DNA from: Mobula hypostoma
Taxonomy: Eukaryota
DNA length: 64,000 bases
Assembly (NCBI RefSeq): GCF_963921235.1
Contig: NC_086101.1
Location: 30,008,001 to 30,072,000 of the forward strand
Direction of reading: 5' to 3'
In this document: positions 12,960 to 25,144 of the stretch, piece by piece
How the letters are laid out: each line of letters opens with the position of its first letter
Numbering within the stretch: position 1 is the first letter of the stretch
Notes under the pieces: model-generated
Told to the model about the DNA's origin: nothing
Database searches by the model: none
The model's input: only the letters and a program-made list of their open reading frames with translations
Program-made: the position numbers and the translations under genes

Positions 12960-14502
12960 GAGGCTTGTCTAAACTAAACATCTTGGAGCAGAAGGGAGAG
13001 CATCCAGATGTTTTGGTACATATTGGTACCAATGGCATAGGAGGGAATAGTGAAGAGGTCCTGAAGAGAAATTTTAAAGAGCTAGGCAGAAAGCTGAGGA
13101 GCAGAACACCCGGGGTAATAATTTACTGATTGCTCCAGTGAGGGTAGTAGCAGGATGATTTATCAAATTAATGTGTGGTTGAGAATCTGGTGCACAGGAC
13201 AGGGCTTCGTGTTCTTGCATCATTAGGTTGTAGCCTGGGGCAGCTATGACCTGCTCAAAAGTGACTGGTTGCACCTGAACCCAAAGGGAACCAGTATTCT
13301 CCCGCAGCACACATCAAAGTTGCTGGTGAACGCAGCAAGCCAGGCAGCATCTCTAGGAAGAGGTACAGTCGATGTTTCGGGCCGAGACCCTTCGTCAGGA
13401 CTAGAAGGGTTGCGTTCACCAGCAACTTTGATGTGTGTTGCTTGAATTTCCAGCATCTGCAGAATTCCTCGTGTTTGCAGTATTCTCCCGAGCAGGTTTG
13501 TTAGAGCTGTTGAGGTGGGGGCGTTAAACTAATTTGGCAGGGGAGCGTGAACCGCAGTGAAGAGACTCTGAACAGGACAGATGGTAAAAAAGCAAAGATA
13601 GTGTGCAATTAGACTGTCAGTAGGGGCAGGTAGATGACAGGACATAATTGCAGCTAACAGGTTGAGTATCATATAACCATGTAACAATCACAGCACAGAA
13701 ACAGGCCATCTCGGCCTTTCTAGTCCGTGCCGAACGCTTACTCTCGCCTAGTCCCATCTACCTGCACTCAGCCCATAACTCTCCATTCCCTTCCTGGCCA
13801 TATACCAATCCAATTTTTGTACATTAGGGATGCAAAATCAAAAATTGTAGCAAATGCAACACTCAAAAAGTTAAATCTCAATGCACGGAGTATATGAAAT
13901 AAGGTGGATCATCTTGTTGCACCATTACAGATTGTCGGGTATGATATTATGGCCATCAATGAATCGTGGCTGAACGATGATTGCAGTTGGAAAGCGAACG
14001 TCCAAGGCTACACGTTGTATCAAAGGGATAGGAAGGTAGATAACGGGGATGTTGTGTCTCTGCAGGTAAAAAATAGCATCAAATCATTAAAAAATGATGC
14101 AGCATAGAATCGGAAGATGTTGAATTGGATTGAGTTAAGAAACTGAAAGGGTAAAGGGACCCTGATGGCAGTTATATACAGGCATACAAACAGCAGCTGC
14201 GATATGGACCACACATTACAGCAGGAAATAGAAAAGGCGTGTTAAAAGGGCAATGTTATGAACGACATGGGAGACTGTAACATACAAGTCGATTGGAAAA
14301 ATAAGGTTGGAAATCGATGACAAGACAGTGAGTTTGTTCAATACCTATGAGGTGTTTTTTTTTTCAGAGCAGTTTGTCGTTGAACCTGCCAGAGGCTAAG
14401 CTATTCTGGATTGAGTGTTGTGTAATGAATCGGAAATGATTAAGGAGCTTAAGGGAGAGAGCCCCGAGGAACCACTGATCAGAATATGATTGAGTTCAAC
14501 TT
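12960..14502 (+). mobile_element. Degraded CR1 5' half (ORF1 esterase end + ORF2 endonuclease), with nested small insertions
   Basis: HIGTNGIG-like ORF1 segment. ORF 13904-14107 YDIMAINESWL...YTLYQRDRK. Ends after a DQNMIEFNL (SDHN-type) motif near 14476-14502. Confidence 0.75.
13305..13477. mobile_element. Mini Penelope insertion: inverted pLTR fragment + pLTR 3' end with tail
   Basis: 13-bp TSD CAGTATTCTCCCG at 13292-13304 and 13478-13490. About 26-bp inverted arms. Hammerhead core on the minus strand at 13367-13402. Confidence 0.85.
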
Positions 14503-14509
14503 GAGGCCC

Positions 14510-17324
14510 TAACCCGTCAGCCTAGGGGTGCCGCGGATAAAAGGTGGTACAAGCAGCAGTAATCAGATTGTTCAAAATATGAAGAAAGAACAGGAAATAG
14601 TTATTTAGATTGTCTGATCGATATCGGTCCCACCAAATCCTCTGTCCACCACCACCACCACCATCACCCCCCATCCCGCGGACATCTTCGTGAATGATAA
14701 TAACTCCTGACACCATTGGAATAGCCAGTATTTCCATGACAGAGCCTATCTCCACACCAGCCTCTGTACAGGTGGAGATAGGTTTTCAACAGGCACCTTA
14801 ATTATATCTTAAACAGCCCCGCTTCCCCTACCGGGTCGACGGACCATTTGAAAATTAGGACAATACTGATAGTACGGCTGAAATCTCCCCAAATTAGCGC
14901 CCCACGGATGCTACAATTAATCAACGGGCCAGAAAAGGTAAGAAGAAACACCGCCCATATTATACGTTGGCAACCAGTTGGCAATCCCTTATGCTTGGCA
15001 GTTCGAGAAAATGTATGACACATTGATAGGACAAGCCAACCTCTGTAAGCAATATTTGCAATATTTGATTACTACCAGCCGAGGAAAGAAGAAGCTGCAC
15101 TGCACGGTACTTTGCAAACTGACCCGCTCCATGATCAAGCTGTACTCCCTTAACTGCATGATAAAGAAAAGCTGAAGGCAACACCATATGCGTATTTTGG
15201 TACTGAGAGATTGGAGGTCCTGGTGGACTTAGTGGAAATCAGGAAGAAAGATTCCGACTAGGGGACTCCTCAGTGCTCCATTTGACAGTGTCCGTAAAAC
15301 CACCAGCAAAAGGTAAAGATATCGGGACGATGATAAAGCGATTGGTGAAAGAAACGAAGACTGTTTGTGTGATAACACTGCCCGTATTGGGACAAGAAGT
15401 GCGAATAGAATTATTTAATGAGAGGAAGTGGAAGATTATGCTAAAGTCCGAGATCTGGGAAACAACCTTCTAAAATCAACATCCACCAGTAACAGATCCT
15501 TTATTTCTCCCTGGAGCTTTAGCGCGGGTAGCAGCTAATTTACGGGCACAAAATTAATACCTGCTCCGGAGCATAAAGTTACTCTAAAAAAGAATGTGCC
15601 ACAGCCCTGCATTAAACAGTAGTGTATAGCTACTGAAGCGGAAAAGGTATCGTTCCAGTAATGGACTCATTATTGCAGCAAGGGAGGCTGGTGAAGACAC
15701 AAAGCCTGTGTAGCACCCCTACATTACGTATCTAAAAAGCAGGCCGAGACAATGAGTGGCGTTTTGTGCAGGACCTGAGAGTCATTCTAAATTAGTCCTG
15801 CCTATCGCTCAGCTTGTGCCTGACACCAACATTATACTTAGTTCTATGAACTTGCTGGGGCAGCCAAACTTCTCCATAAGTAGCAGCAGAGAAGGCTTGT
15901 GGAAGATCATGGAGAAGTTTGGCTGCCCCAGCAAGTTCATCACAATCGTCCGGCAGTTCCACGACGGTATGATGGTGAAAGTTCTGGATGACGGCGACGA
16001 GTCGGAGGCCTTCCCAGTGACAAATGGCGTCAAACAAGGCTGCGTTCTTGCCCCGACTCTGTTCAGTATGGTATTCTCTGCCATGCTGACAGATGCCTTC
16101 CGTAACTACGAAGAAGGAATCCACGTCAGGTACAGGACTGACGGCAGGTTGTTCAACCTTAGGCGCCTGCAGGCAGCTACAAAGGTGCAAGAGACTGTCA
16201 TCAGAGACTTCTTGTTTGCTGATGACTGCGCACTCAACGCCAGCACAGAGCATGAGATGCAGCGTGAAATGGACTGCTTCTCACAAGCCTGCGACAGCTT
16301 CGGTCTCACTATCAGCACCAAAAAGACCGTAGTTATGTACCAGCCTGCCCCAGGAAAGCGATACCAGGAGCCGCGCATCATGGTGAAGGGCCAGAACCTC
16401 CAGGCAGTCGACAACTTCACCTACCTGGGCAGCATACTCTCTCGCGCAGTGAACATAGACGCTGAAGTCAACAACAGGATTGCCAAAGCCAGCGCTGCCT
16501 TTGGGAGACTCCGTGAGAACGTCTGGGAGCGGAGAGGACTCAGCCTTACCACCAAGCTGAAGGTCTACTGTGCAGTGGTCCTTACCACCCTCCTTTACGC
16601 CAGCGAGACCTGGACTGTCTACAGCGGACACGCCAAACAGCTCAACCACTTTCACCTGAGCTGTCTCCGCAGACTCCTCCACATCAGGTGGCAGGACAAA
16701 GTCCCCGACATGGAAATCCTGGAACGAGCAGGGCTCTGCAGCGTCTACACCCTCCTGCTGAAAGCCCAAGCCAGGTGGGCTTGACCTGTGGTCAGAATGC
16801 CAGACAGCCGATTGCCTAAGCAGCTGCTTTACGGAGAACTGTGTCAGGCAAGCGCTCAGTCGGGGGCAGAAGAAACGTTACAAAGACTGCCTCAAAGCGT
16901 CCCTCAAATGCCTGGGTGTCGACATCAACACGTGGGAGACGCTTGCCCTCGACCGTCCAGCTTGGCGCAGCAAGATCACCACAGGAGCCCGTGCTGCTGA
17001 AGTCAGGCGCATCATCGAGGCGCAACGAAAGCGTGCTGTGCGCAAGGCCCGAGCAGCATCCACTGCCACGACAGCACCCACCCACTTGTGTCCCACATGT
17101 GGGCGAGCCTTCAGGGCCCGGATTGGCCTCATCAGTCACCTCCGGACCCACAGACACCATTTGACTTTGAAGCCATGGTCATCTTCGACTACGAAGGACG
17201 AACAGCAGCAGCAACTTAGTTCTATACCTATGGAAGCTAGTAAGAAGCTAGTTATCGATCTGAGTTCAGCACTTCCCGCGTTCTGCTGCCGAAGCAGAGC
17301 CAGTATTTATTTGCATTTACTTAT
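14510..17324 (+). pseudogene. Endogenous retrovirus pol fragment (class I, epsilon/gamma-like): protease, candidate 2H domain, RT N-terminus; split by the RTE insertion; no LTRs seen
   Basis: CLIDIGPTKSSV (decayed DTGA) at 14611-14646. RT reads EAEK(G)IVPVMDSLLQQG..TP..KAGRDNEWRFVQDLR..LVPDTNIILSS, and after the RTE continues IPMEASKKLVIDLSSA..SQYLFAFTY to 17324. Many stops and frameshifts. Confidence 0.88.
15848..17213 (+). mobile_element. 5'-truncated RTE (BovB-like) LINE with RT C-terminal half and C2H2 zinc finger
   Basis: GVKQGCVLAPTLF, LFADD, YLGS, CPTCGRAFRARIGLISHLRTH. 3' stem-loop CTTCG-ACTA-CGAAG and (CAG)n tail. 12-bp TSD ACTTAGTTCTAT at 15836-15847 and 17214-17225. One stop (16782-16784) and one frameshift near 16848. 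Confidence 0.95.
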
Positions 17325-17525
17325 ACCACAATCAGCTGTGGAGGCCAGGTCGTACGGTGTATTTAAATCAGAGCTTGATAGGTTTTTGATTGGACACCGC
17401 ATCAAAAGTTATGGGGAGAAGGCGGGGAAGTGGGGTTGAGGAAAGGAAAGAAAAAGATCAGCCATAATTGAATAGCGCGGCAGATTCGATGGACCAAATG
17501 GCCTAATTCTGCTCCTATGTCTTAA
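17325..17525 (+). mobile_element. CR1 3' end fragment
   Basis: PQSAVEARSYGVFKSELDRFL..GEKAGKWG followed by a CR1-type 3'UTR. Confidence 0.8.
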
Positions 17526-17852
17526 AGCATTTGCTTCATAGCACAGGATTATTCAACATTTGATGTTAGCAATTTAGTCTCTTGACCTAATACTAGTTGG
17601 ATTGCAGAGGTACACAGCAGTTATCAACGAAGGTAGAAAAGGTGAAAAAACCACATCATTGTCGTCACTACATACTTAAGGATGTTTGGTTACACGGGAC
17701 AACAACGATTTTGTTCCTGAATACCTTTAGGTGTATCTTCTGAATTTTAGGTTACTGATCATGAAAATCACTATGAAATTTCCCTACCACGCACCATTTT
17801 TGAAATAAACTTATATTTATTATTTCAATTCATAATTCAAGCCAATTAAAAT

Positions 17853-18003
17853 TCTCACAAAATGCTGGTGGAACGCAGAAGGCCAGACAGCATCTATAGG
17901 AAGAAGTACAGTCGACGTTTCGGGCCGAGACCCTTCGTCTGACACCAGTATTTTGTGTGTGTTACTTGAATTTCCAGCATCTGCAGATTTTCTCGCGTTT
18001 GCG
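17853..18003. mobile_element. Mini Penelope insertion (inverted pLTR fragment + tail)
   Basis: 10-bp TSD CAATTAAAAT at 17843-17852 and 18004-18013. Hammerhead core mutated (CAGACGA). Confidence 0.8.
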
Positions 18004-18159
18004 CAATTAAAATATTGCCAACAACGTAAGCTGGAAACTTTCCTATCTTGTCCATCCATGCTTGGGCATGCTGAGGCTGCGCGGCTGTTGCATGGCAGGA
18101 CAGGCCTTAGTAATAATTATTGGGTTCAGGACTGTAAGGATGGAAGTTTCTATCACCAG

Positions 18160-21100
18160 GCACAAAAATTTCTATGAAGGATTTTGATATTAGAGACACA
18201 TGCTCCCCAGAGTAACTGATGGCAAGATTAAGGAAAGCATGTTTGTTGGTCCACAAATCAAACAGGTCGTCAATGACAGTCAATTTGAAGATATTGTAGT
18301 GGGGTTGAAGAAAATCACATGGAAGGTATTCAATAGAAAATAGGTGCAGGAGTAGGCCATTCGGCCCTTCGAGCCGGCAACGCCATTCACTGTGATCATG
18401 GCTGATCATCCACAATCAGTACCCCGTTCCTGCCTTCTCCCCATATCCCTTGACTACGCTACCATTAAGAACTCTATCTAACTCTTTCTTGAAGCATCCA
18501 GAGAATTAGCCTCCACTGCGTTCTGAGGCAGAGCATTTCACAGATCCACAACTTTGTGGGTGAAAAATCTTTTTCTCAGCTCCGTTCCTAGTGGCCTACC
18601 CATTATTCTCAAATTGTGGCCTCTGCCTCTGGACTCCCCCAAAATCGGGAACATGTTTCCTGCCTCTAGCGTGTCCAATCCCTTAATAATCTTATACTTT
18701 TGAATCAGATCCCCTCTCATCCTTCTAAATTTCAGTGTATACAACCCCAGTCGCTCCAATCTTTCAACATATGAGAGTCCCGCCATCCCCAGAATTAACT
18801 CGTGAACCTACGCTGCACTCCCACAATAGCAAGAATGTCCTTCCTCAAATTTGGAGACCAAAACTCTACACAATCCTCCAGGTGTGGTCTCACCAGGGCC
18901 CTGTGCAACTGCAGAAGGACCTCTTTGCTCCTATACTCAACTCCCCTTGTTATGAAGACCAACATGCCATTAGTTTTCTTCACTGCCTGCTGTACCTGCA
19001 TGCTTACTTTCAGTGACTGATGAACAAGGACACCAAAATCTCGTTGTACTTCCCCTTTTCCTAACTTGACACCATTCATGTAGCAATCTGCTTTCCTGTT
19101 CTTGGACCAAAGTGGATAACTTCACATTTATCCACATTAAACTGCATCTCCCATATATCTGCCCACTAGCCCTACCTGTCCAAGTCATCCTGCATTTTCT
19201 CAACATCCTCCGCACATTTTACACTGCCACCCAGCTTTGTGTCATCTGCAAATTTGCTAATCTTACTTTTAATCCCTTCATCTAAATCATTAATATATAT
19301 TATAAATAGCTGAGATCCCAGCACCGAGTCTTGCGGTACCCCACTAGTCACCGCCTGCCATTCTGAAAGGGACCCGTTAATCCCTACTCTTTGTTTTCTG
19401 TCTGCCAACCAATTTTCTATCCATGTCAGTACCCTACCCCAAATACCATGTGCTCTAATTTTGCCCACTGATCTCCTATGTGGGACCTTATCAAAGGCTT
19501 TCTGGAAGTCCAGGTACACTACATCCACTGGCTCTTCCTCGTCCATTTTCATAGTTACATCCTCAAAAAATTCCAGAATATTAGTCAAGCATGATTTCCC
19601 CTTTGTAAATCCATGTTGATTCGGACCGATCCTGTTACTGCTATCCAAATATGCCGCCATTTCATCCTTTATAATTGACTCCAGTATCTTCCCCACCACT
19701 GATGTCAGACTAACTGGACTATAACTTCATTTTTTCTCTCTCCCTCCTTTCTTATAAAGTGGGATAACATTAGCTACCCTCCAGTCCTCAGGAACTGATC
19801 CTGAATCTATAGAACATTGGAAAATAATTACGAATGCGTCCACGATTTCTAGAGCCACCTCCTTAAGTACTCTGGGGTGCAGACCATCAGGCCCTGGGAA
19901 TTTATCAGCCTTTAGTCCCATCAGTCTATCTAACACCATTTTCTGCCTAATGTGAATCTCCTTCGTTACCCTAGGTCCTCTGGGCACCATTCCATCTGGG
20001 AGACTGTTTGTGTCTTACCTAGTGAAGACAGATCCAAAATACCTGTCCAACTTGTCTGCCATTTCCTTGTTCCCCATAATAAATTCACCCGTTTCTGTCT
20101 TCAAGGGCCCAACTTTGGTCTTAACTATTTTTTCCCTCTTCACAAACATAAAGAAGCTTTTACTATCTTCCTTTATAATCTTGGTTAGCTTGTCTTTGTA
20201 TCTTACCTTTTCTCTCCTTATTACCTTTTTAGTTGTTGCTCTTTAAAAGTTTCCCAGTCCTCTGGCTTCCTGTTCATCTTTGCTATGTTATACTTCTCTT
20301 TTATTTTTATACTATCCTTGACTTCTCTTGTCAGCCACGGTAGCCCCTTACTCCCCTTAGAATCTTTCTTCCTCTTTGGAAAGAACTGATCCTGCATCTT
20401 CTGTACTATTCCCAGAAATACCTGCCATTGTTTTCCACTGTCATCCCTGCTAGGGTATCTTTACAGTCAACTTTGGCCAGCTCCTCCCTCATGGCTCCAT
20501 AGTTCCCTTTGTTCAACTGCAATACTGACACTTCCAATTTTCCCTTCTCCCTCTCAAATTGTAGTTTAAAACTTAGCATATTATGGTCACGAACTCCTAA
20601 TTGCTCCTTTACCTCGAGTTCCCTTATCAAATCCGGTTCGTTACACAAAACTGAATCCAGAATTGCCTTCTCCCTGGTTGGTTCCCCTATAAGCTGCTCT
20701 AAGAATCCATCTCGGAGGCAGTCCACAAACTCCCTTTCTCGGGGTCCAGTACCAACCTGATTTTCCCAGTCTAGGTGCATGTTAAAATCCCCCATAACAA
20801 CCGTAGTATTGCCTTTGCGACATGCCAATTTCAACTCTTGATTCAACTTGCACCCTATATCCAGGCTACTGTTTGGGGGCCTGTAGATAACTCCCATTAG
20901 GGTCTTTTTGCCCTTACAATTTCTCAGTTCTATCCATGCCGACTCTACATTATATGTCGCCCCTCGCAAGGGACTGAATTTTATTCCTCACCAACAGAGC
21001 CACCCCACCCCCTCTGCCCACTTGTCTGTCCTTTAGATTGGAAGTATACCCTTGAATATTTATTTCCCAGCCCTGGTCCTCTTGCAGCCATGTCTCTGTT

Positions 21101-22501
21101 ATTCCTAAAACATCATGCCAATTTCCAACTGAGCCTCAAGCTCATCCACTTTATTTCTTATACTTCGTGCATTCATATATAATACTCTTAATCCATTACT
21201 CCCCTCACCTTTCACATCGATTCCTATTGCAGGTGGCCACACTCTCTGATCCCTTGCTGAGCTTTCTGCCCCGTTAATTCTGTTGTCTTTCTTAACTTTC
21301 CTTTTTCCCTCTTTCCCTTTAACTCCATCCTTATATTTCCTCTCCTCCCCCCTCCCACCACTACTTAGTTTAAACACCCTGTGTAGCAGTGGCAAACCTG
21401 CCTGCCAGAATGCTGGTCCCCCGCCTGTTAAGGTGCAACCGTCCCTTTTGCACAATTCATCCTTGCCCCAGAAGAGATCCCAGTGGTCTAAGAATCTAAA
21501 TCCCTGCTTCCCGCACCAGCTCTTCAGGCACACATTCAGATCCCCTATCTCTTGTTCCTGCCCTCACCAGCACGAGGAACTGGAAGCAAACCGGAGATAA
21601 CCACCTTGGAAGTCCTGCTTTTCAGCCTTCTTCCGAGTTCTCTGAGGTCACGCTGTAGAATGTCTTTCCTCTTCTTCACCACGTCATTTGTGCCGACATG
21701 CAACACCACTTCTGGCTGCTCACCTGCACCCTTGAGGATGCCCTACAATCGGTCCGTGACGTCCTTGATCCTGGCACCAGGGAGGCAACACACCATCCCT
21801 AAATCCCGCCTGTTGCCGCAGAAACCTCTTTCTGTACCTCTCACTATGAAGTCCCCTACTATCACGGCTCTGCCTGACGTCTGTCTCCTCGGCTTTGCTT
21901 CAGCGCCAATTTTTGACTCACAGACCTGTCTGCGTCTCAGACAGGCAGTGCCTTCTATCCCGACAGCTTCCAAGAGGATGAACCTGTTTTCAAGGAAGTT
22001 GTTGAATTTTTCTCGGCAGCTATAGAGCACCAAACATGCAGTTTGTTGAAAACATGCTTCAACCATATAAAACCATGAAATGCAACATGTCACTAAAGAT
22101 TCATTTTCTGCATTCCCATTTAGACTCCTTCCCTGCAAATCCTTGGTGCTGTTAGTGACGAGCATGGTGAAAGGTTTCACCAGGACATTGCGGTCATGGA
22201 GAAAAGATACCAGGGTAAATGGCGAATTATTGTTGGACATTTAGCGAGAAGACTCAGACACTGAGTAGAAATGAAAATCATTAACAAAATATTTTTAACT
22301 TAGTTGAACTATTGCAAAGCATCGGCACTATTATGCAATTAAACATCTTATATCCAATAAAAGTTAATTTGTTGTTTCTCCAAATTCTTAAGTGATACAA
22401 GTAGTCTGAAATTATATTTGTGTTCATCTTCAAGCAATCTATCATAAACACAAAAAATTCTGAGGAAGCAACTTTTTTTTTAAAAAAAGTGTTGTCCAGT
22501 G
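18160..22501 (+). mobile_element. Chapaev-3-type (CMC) DNA transposon, 3' part of transposase to right terminus, split by a CR1
   Basis: KIKESMFVGPQIKQVVNDSQFE..WKVFK | EVV..FLGSYRAPN..CNMSLKIHFLHSHLDSFPAN.GAVSDEHGERFHQDIAVMEKRYQGKW. Terminus CCAGTG at 22496-22501 followed by TTA. Left terminus not found; start approximate. Confidence 0.8.
18334..21988 (-). mobile_element. CR1 LINE truncated inside ORF1; ORF2 disrupted
   Basis: ORFs 20406-20969 (EN), 19727-19990, 19172-19699 (RT, KFADDTK) and 21105-21533 (ORF1). 5-bp TSD TTCAA at 18329-18333 and 21989-21993. Confidence 0.93.
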
Positions 22502-24169
22502 TTATTTGCCCCATTACGACAGATAGAAGGACGGTGTCCGAACTACTTATGCAAAATTTGTTTGTTTGGTCTATAAATAACACAGAAGCACTGACCCTCA
22601 TAGGTGATCCCAGAACAGACTATTTGTGTTTACCGTAGCGGGAAATTACCTCGTTTGTCGTCTGTTAATGGCAAAATCATCAAGCACTAACGGATATCGT
22701 GGAATCAAGGAAAACGTGCATTAAAACAACAATTATATATTATTTTTAAGTAGAGGCCACGCTTCAAGGAAGTAATAGTTTAGAAATTTAGAACAGCGAT
22801 CCCCCCCCCCACCCCCGCGTTATTCATCTACATCCAAAGTACTTAAATTTATTTTGCAATTGGTCAGTTGGTAATTATCCTCACATAGCCCTTGAAAGAG
22901 TGCTGACTGGGATGCAGGTATCCACGCCAACATCGTGGTGTGGAAATCCAGAGTTGCTGTCAGTTTCTCGGAGCAATGACTGCAAGTTTCTCTTACAGTG
23001 CTACTGGATATATCCGGGCCAGATGGTAGTTTGTGATTCTACCTTAACTGCCTCAATAACCTAGACCAGTCATTTCTGTCGAAATGGATTTCTTTGTTGA
23101 AAGCAGCTGGACATTCTACTACATCTCGCAATTTTTGGATCATAGAAAATATCTGTTATTTCTTTTTTTCTTGGAGTATTGTCTTCTGTCACGAAGATTG
23201 TTGTACGTATTAATAACCCCGGATGCAGTTCTGTAGTCCATAAGCAAAGTATCTTCGTGATCTCTGATCACACACTTTTCTCTGCCCGCAGAGTAGTGTT
23301 GATTATCTTTGGGATATCCACGTTAGCTTTCTCTAATATTCTTGTTTTATCCCTCTTATTTAGTTACTTTTACTCCCTTATGAACTTACAGGAACCCCGA
23401 TGGTTCTTATTTGTGCCTCTTGCATGTGTTGAGTTTGCTCTTATAATGTTCTGGATCCGGAGTTTTCTAGCTGTACATGAAATATCTTCCTTTATATTTC
23501 TTTCCAATGAGGTTCAAAATTACTGAGACCAGATCTGTTTCTGTTCCTTCTCCAATGGGTTGATATTACAAGGAAGTCGTCGATACTCGTTGCCGTAGCT
23601 ATTTAGTGAAGTCCTTCTGCAACGTTCAAAAGTAAATTAACTTCAAGTGTTATCTGTAGCGAGATAATAGAGATAACAACATTAATTTCTATTGAATAGC
23701 TTTTAGCATGTTTTGTAAAAATAAAAATAAAACAAATTTCCATTATAGAAAGGGGAAGTGTGGAAAAAAGCAAAGTCAATTTATTGGAATGAATGAAGAA
23801 CGGTAGAACGATTGTCTGTCGAAAAGGGGTGGTAAAGGTAGCGGATATATAGAAAGGAATGATGCCTCTCGAGAAGATGAAAGATAAAACTCTCTCATGA
23901 CGCAAATAGAACGTTCTACATATAATACTATAGTACTGTGGCGACATTTATACCTACTGTAAGATCAATTTAACCCGATCCTCCACATTCCCTCTATTTT
24001 CTATCATCTACGTTCGTAGAAGAACAAAGAGTCCCTTAAATGCCCCGAATGTATCTGTTTGCACCAACAGTTGGTGCGGTTGTAACAAAACCCAATTTCC
24101 CTCGGGATCATTAAAGTATATCTATCTATCTATACATACATGGCTGTGCGTTCTATGCAGCCATCAGTC

Positions 24170-24830
24170 TGTGAAGAAAAATACCTCCTCTACTCACTGA
24201 TATATTCCTCAACAGTTTCTCCTTCGGCTTCTCGCACTTTCTCCAGGCTGAGGAGAAGAAATGGGTACCCGCATGAATACCAGCTACGCCTGCCTTTTCA
24301 TTGGCTACACAGAACAGCCCATGTTCCAGGCCTTCCATGGTCTGGTAATGCTCCCCAACACTTTCCGCGCTGCACTAACGACTGCATTGGTACTGCATTA
24401 GCATGCATACTGAGCTCGTCAATTTCAACAATTTTGCCTGCAACTTTCACCTTACCCTTGAATCCATATGATGCATTTCTGACACTTCTGACCCCTTCTC
24501 GGACTCGCTTCATTCATCTCTGTAGACAAACTATCTACCGATATCTGCGGCTATCTGAATTATACCTCTCTTCACCCTGTATAATGTAAAAACGCTCTTT
24601 CCTCAGTTCCTTTGTCTGTGCCACGACCGTTGACAGGAGGAGTGTTCCTTTCTAGAACATTAGAAATATCCTCCTTCTTTAAAGAACGGGGTTTCCCTTC
24701 CTCCTCTATTGATGCTACCCTCGCACGCAGCTCCTCGATTTCCAGGACCTCTGTTCTCATCTCATCTCTCCTCCGGTTTAACAGGGATAAGGTTACTCTT
24801 GTCTTTACCTACCACCCCATGAAGCCCTGC
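24170..24830 (+). mobile_element. Degraded Penelope RT fragment
   Basis: NSFSFG.SHFLQ..MGTRM..SYACLFIGY.EQPMFQAF..NAPQHF.R.TNDCIG (decayed YIDD) and later LVFTYHP. Confidence 0.75.
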
Positions 24831-25144
24831 ATACGCCATGGAAGAAAAGTCTCTGTCTTCTGACTCGATCTATGTATCTTACCAGCTTGTACCTCTATCA
24901 AGTCATCTCTCCTTCTGCTTTGCGCCAAAATGGAAAGTCTTAGCTTTCTCAAGGTTACCGCTTAGGACATACTCTCTAGTCCATGCAGCATCCTAGTGAA
25001 TTTCGTCTGCACAATGTGTAAATCTTGCACATCTTACCACTATAATGAGGTCAGCGGAGCTGAAGGCAATATTTCAAATGTAGTCAAACCAGGGTTCTCT
25101 TTAGTTGCAACATTTCTTCGCAGCTCTTGAAGCCAATCAAGTTC

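Noticed and set aside
14647-14675. Poly-His run HHHHHHH after the protease motif
   Set aside because: A (CAC)n slippage tract in a dead gene; the frame stops soon after.
15756-15883. N-terminus of the 342-aa ORF as a real fusion protein
   Set aside because: Chance in-frame join of ERV RT, fold-back arm and RTE RT. GTG start, no promoter evidence, stop at 16782-16784.
22860-23600. ORF 23179-23526 (hydrophobic) and possible degraded LINE on the minus strand
   Set aside because: No GPCR or other motif in the ORF. Antisense similarity to R4-type LINE protein was too faint to call.
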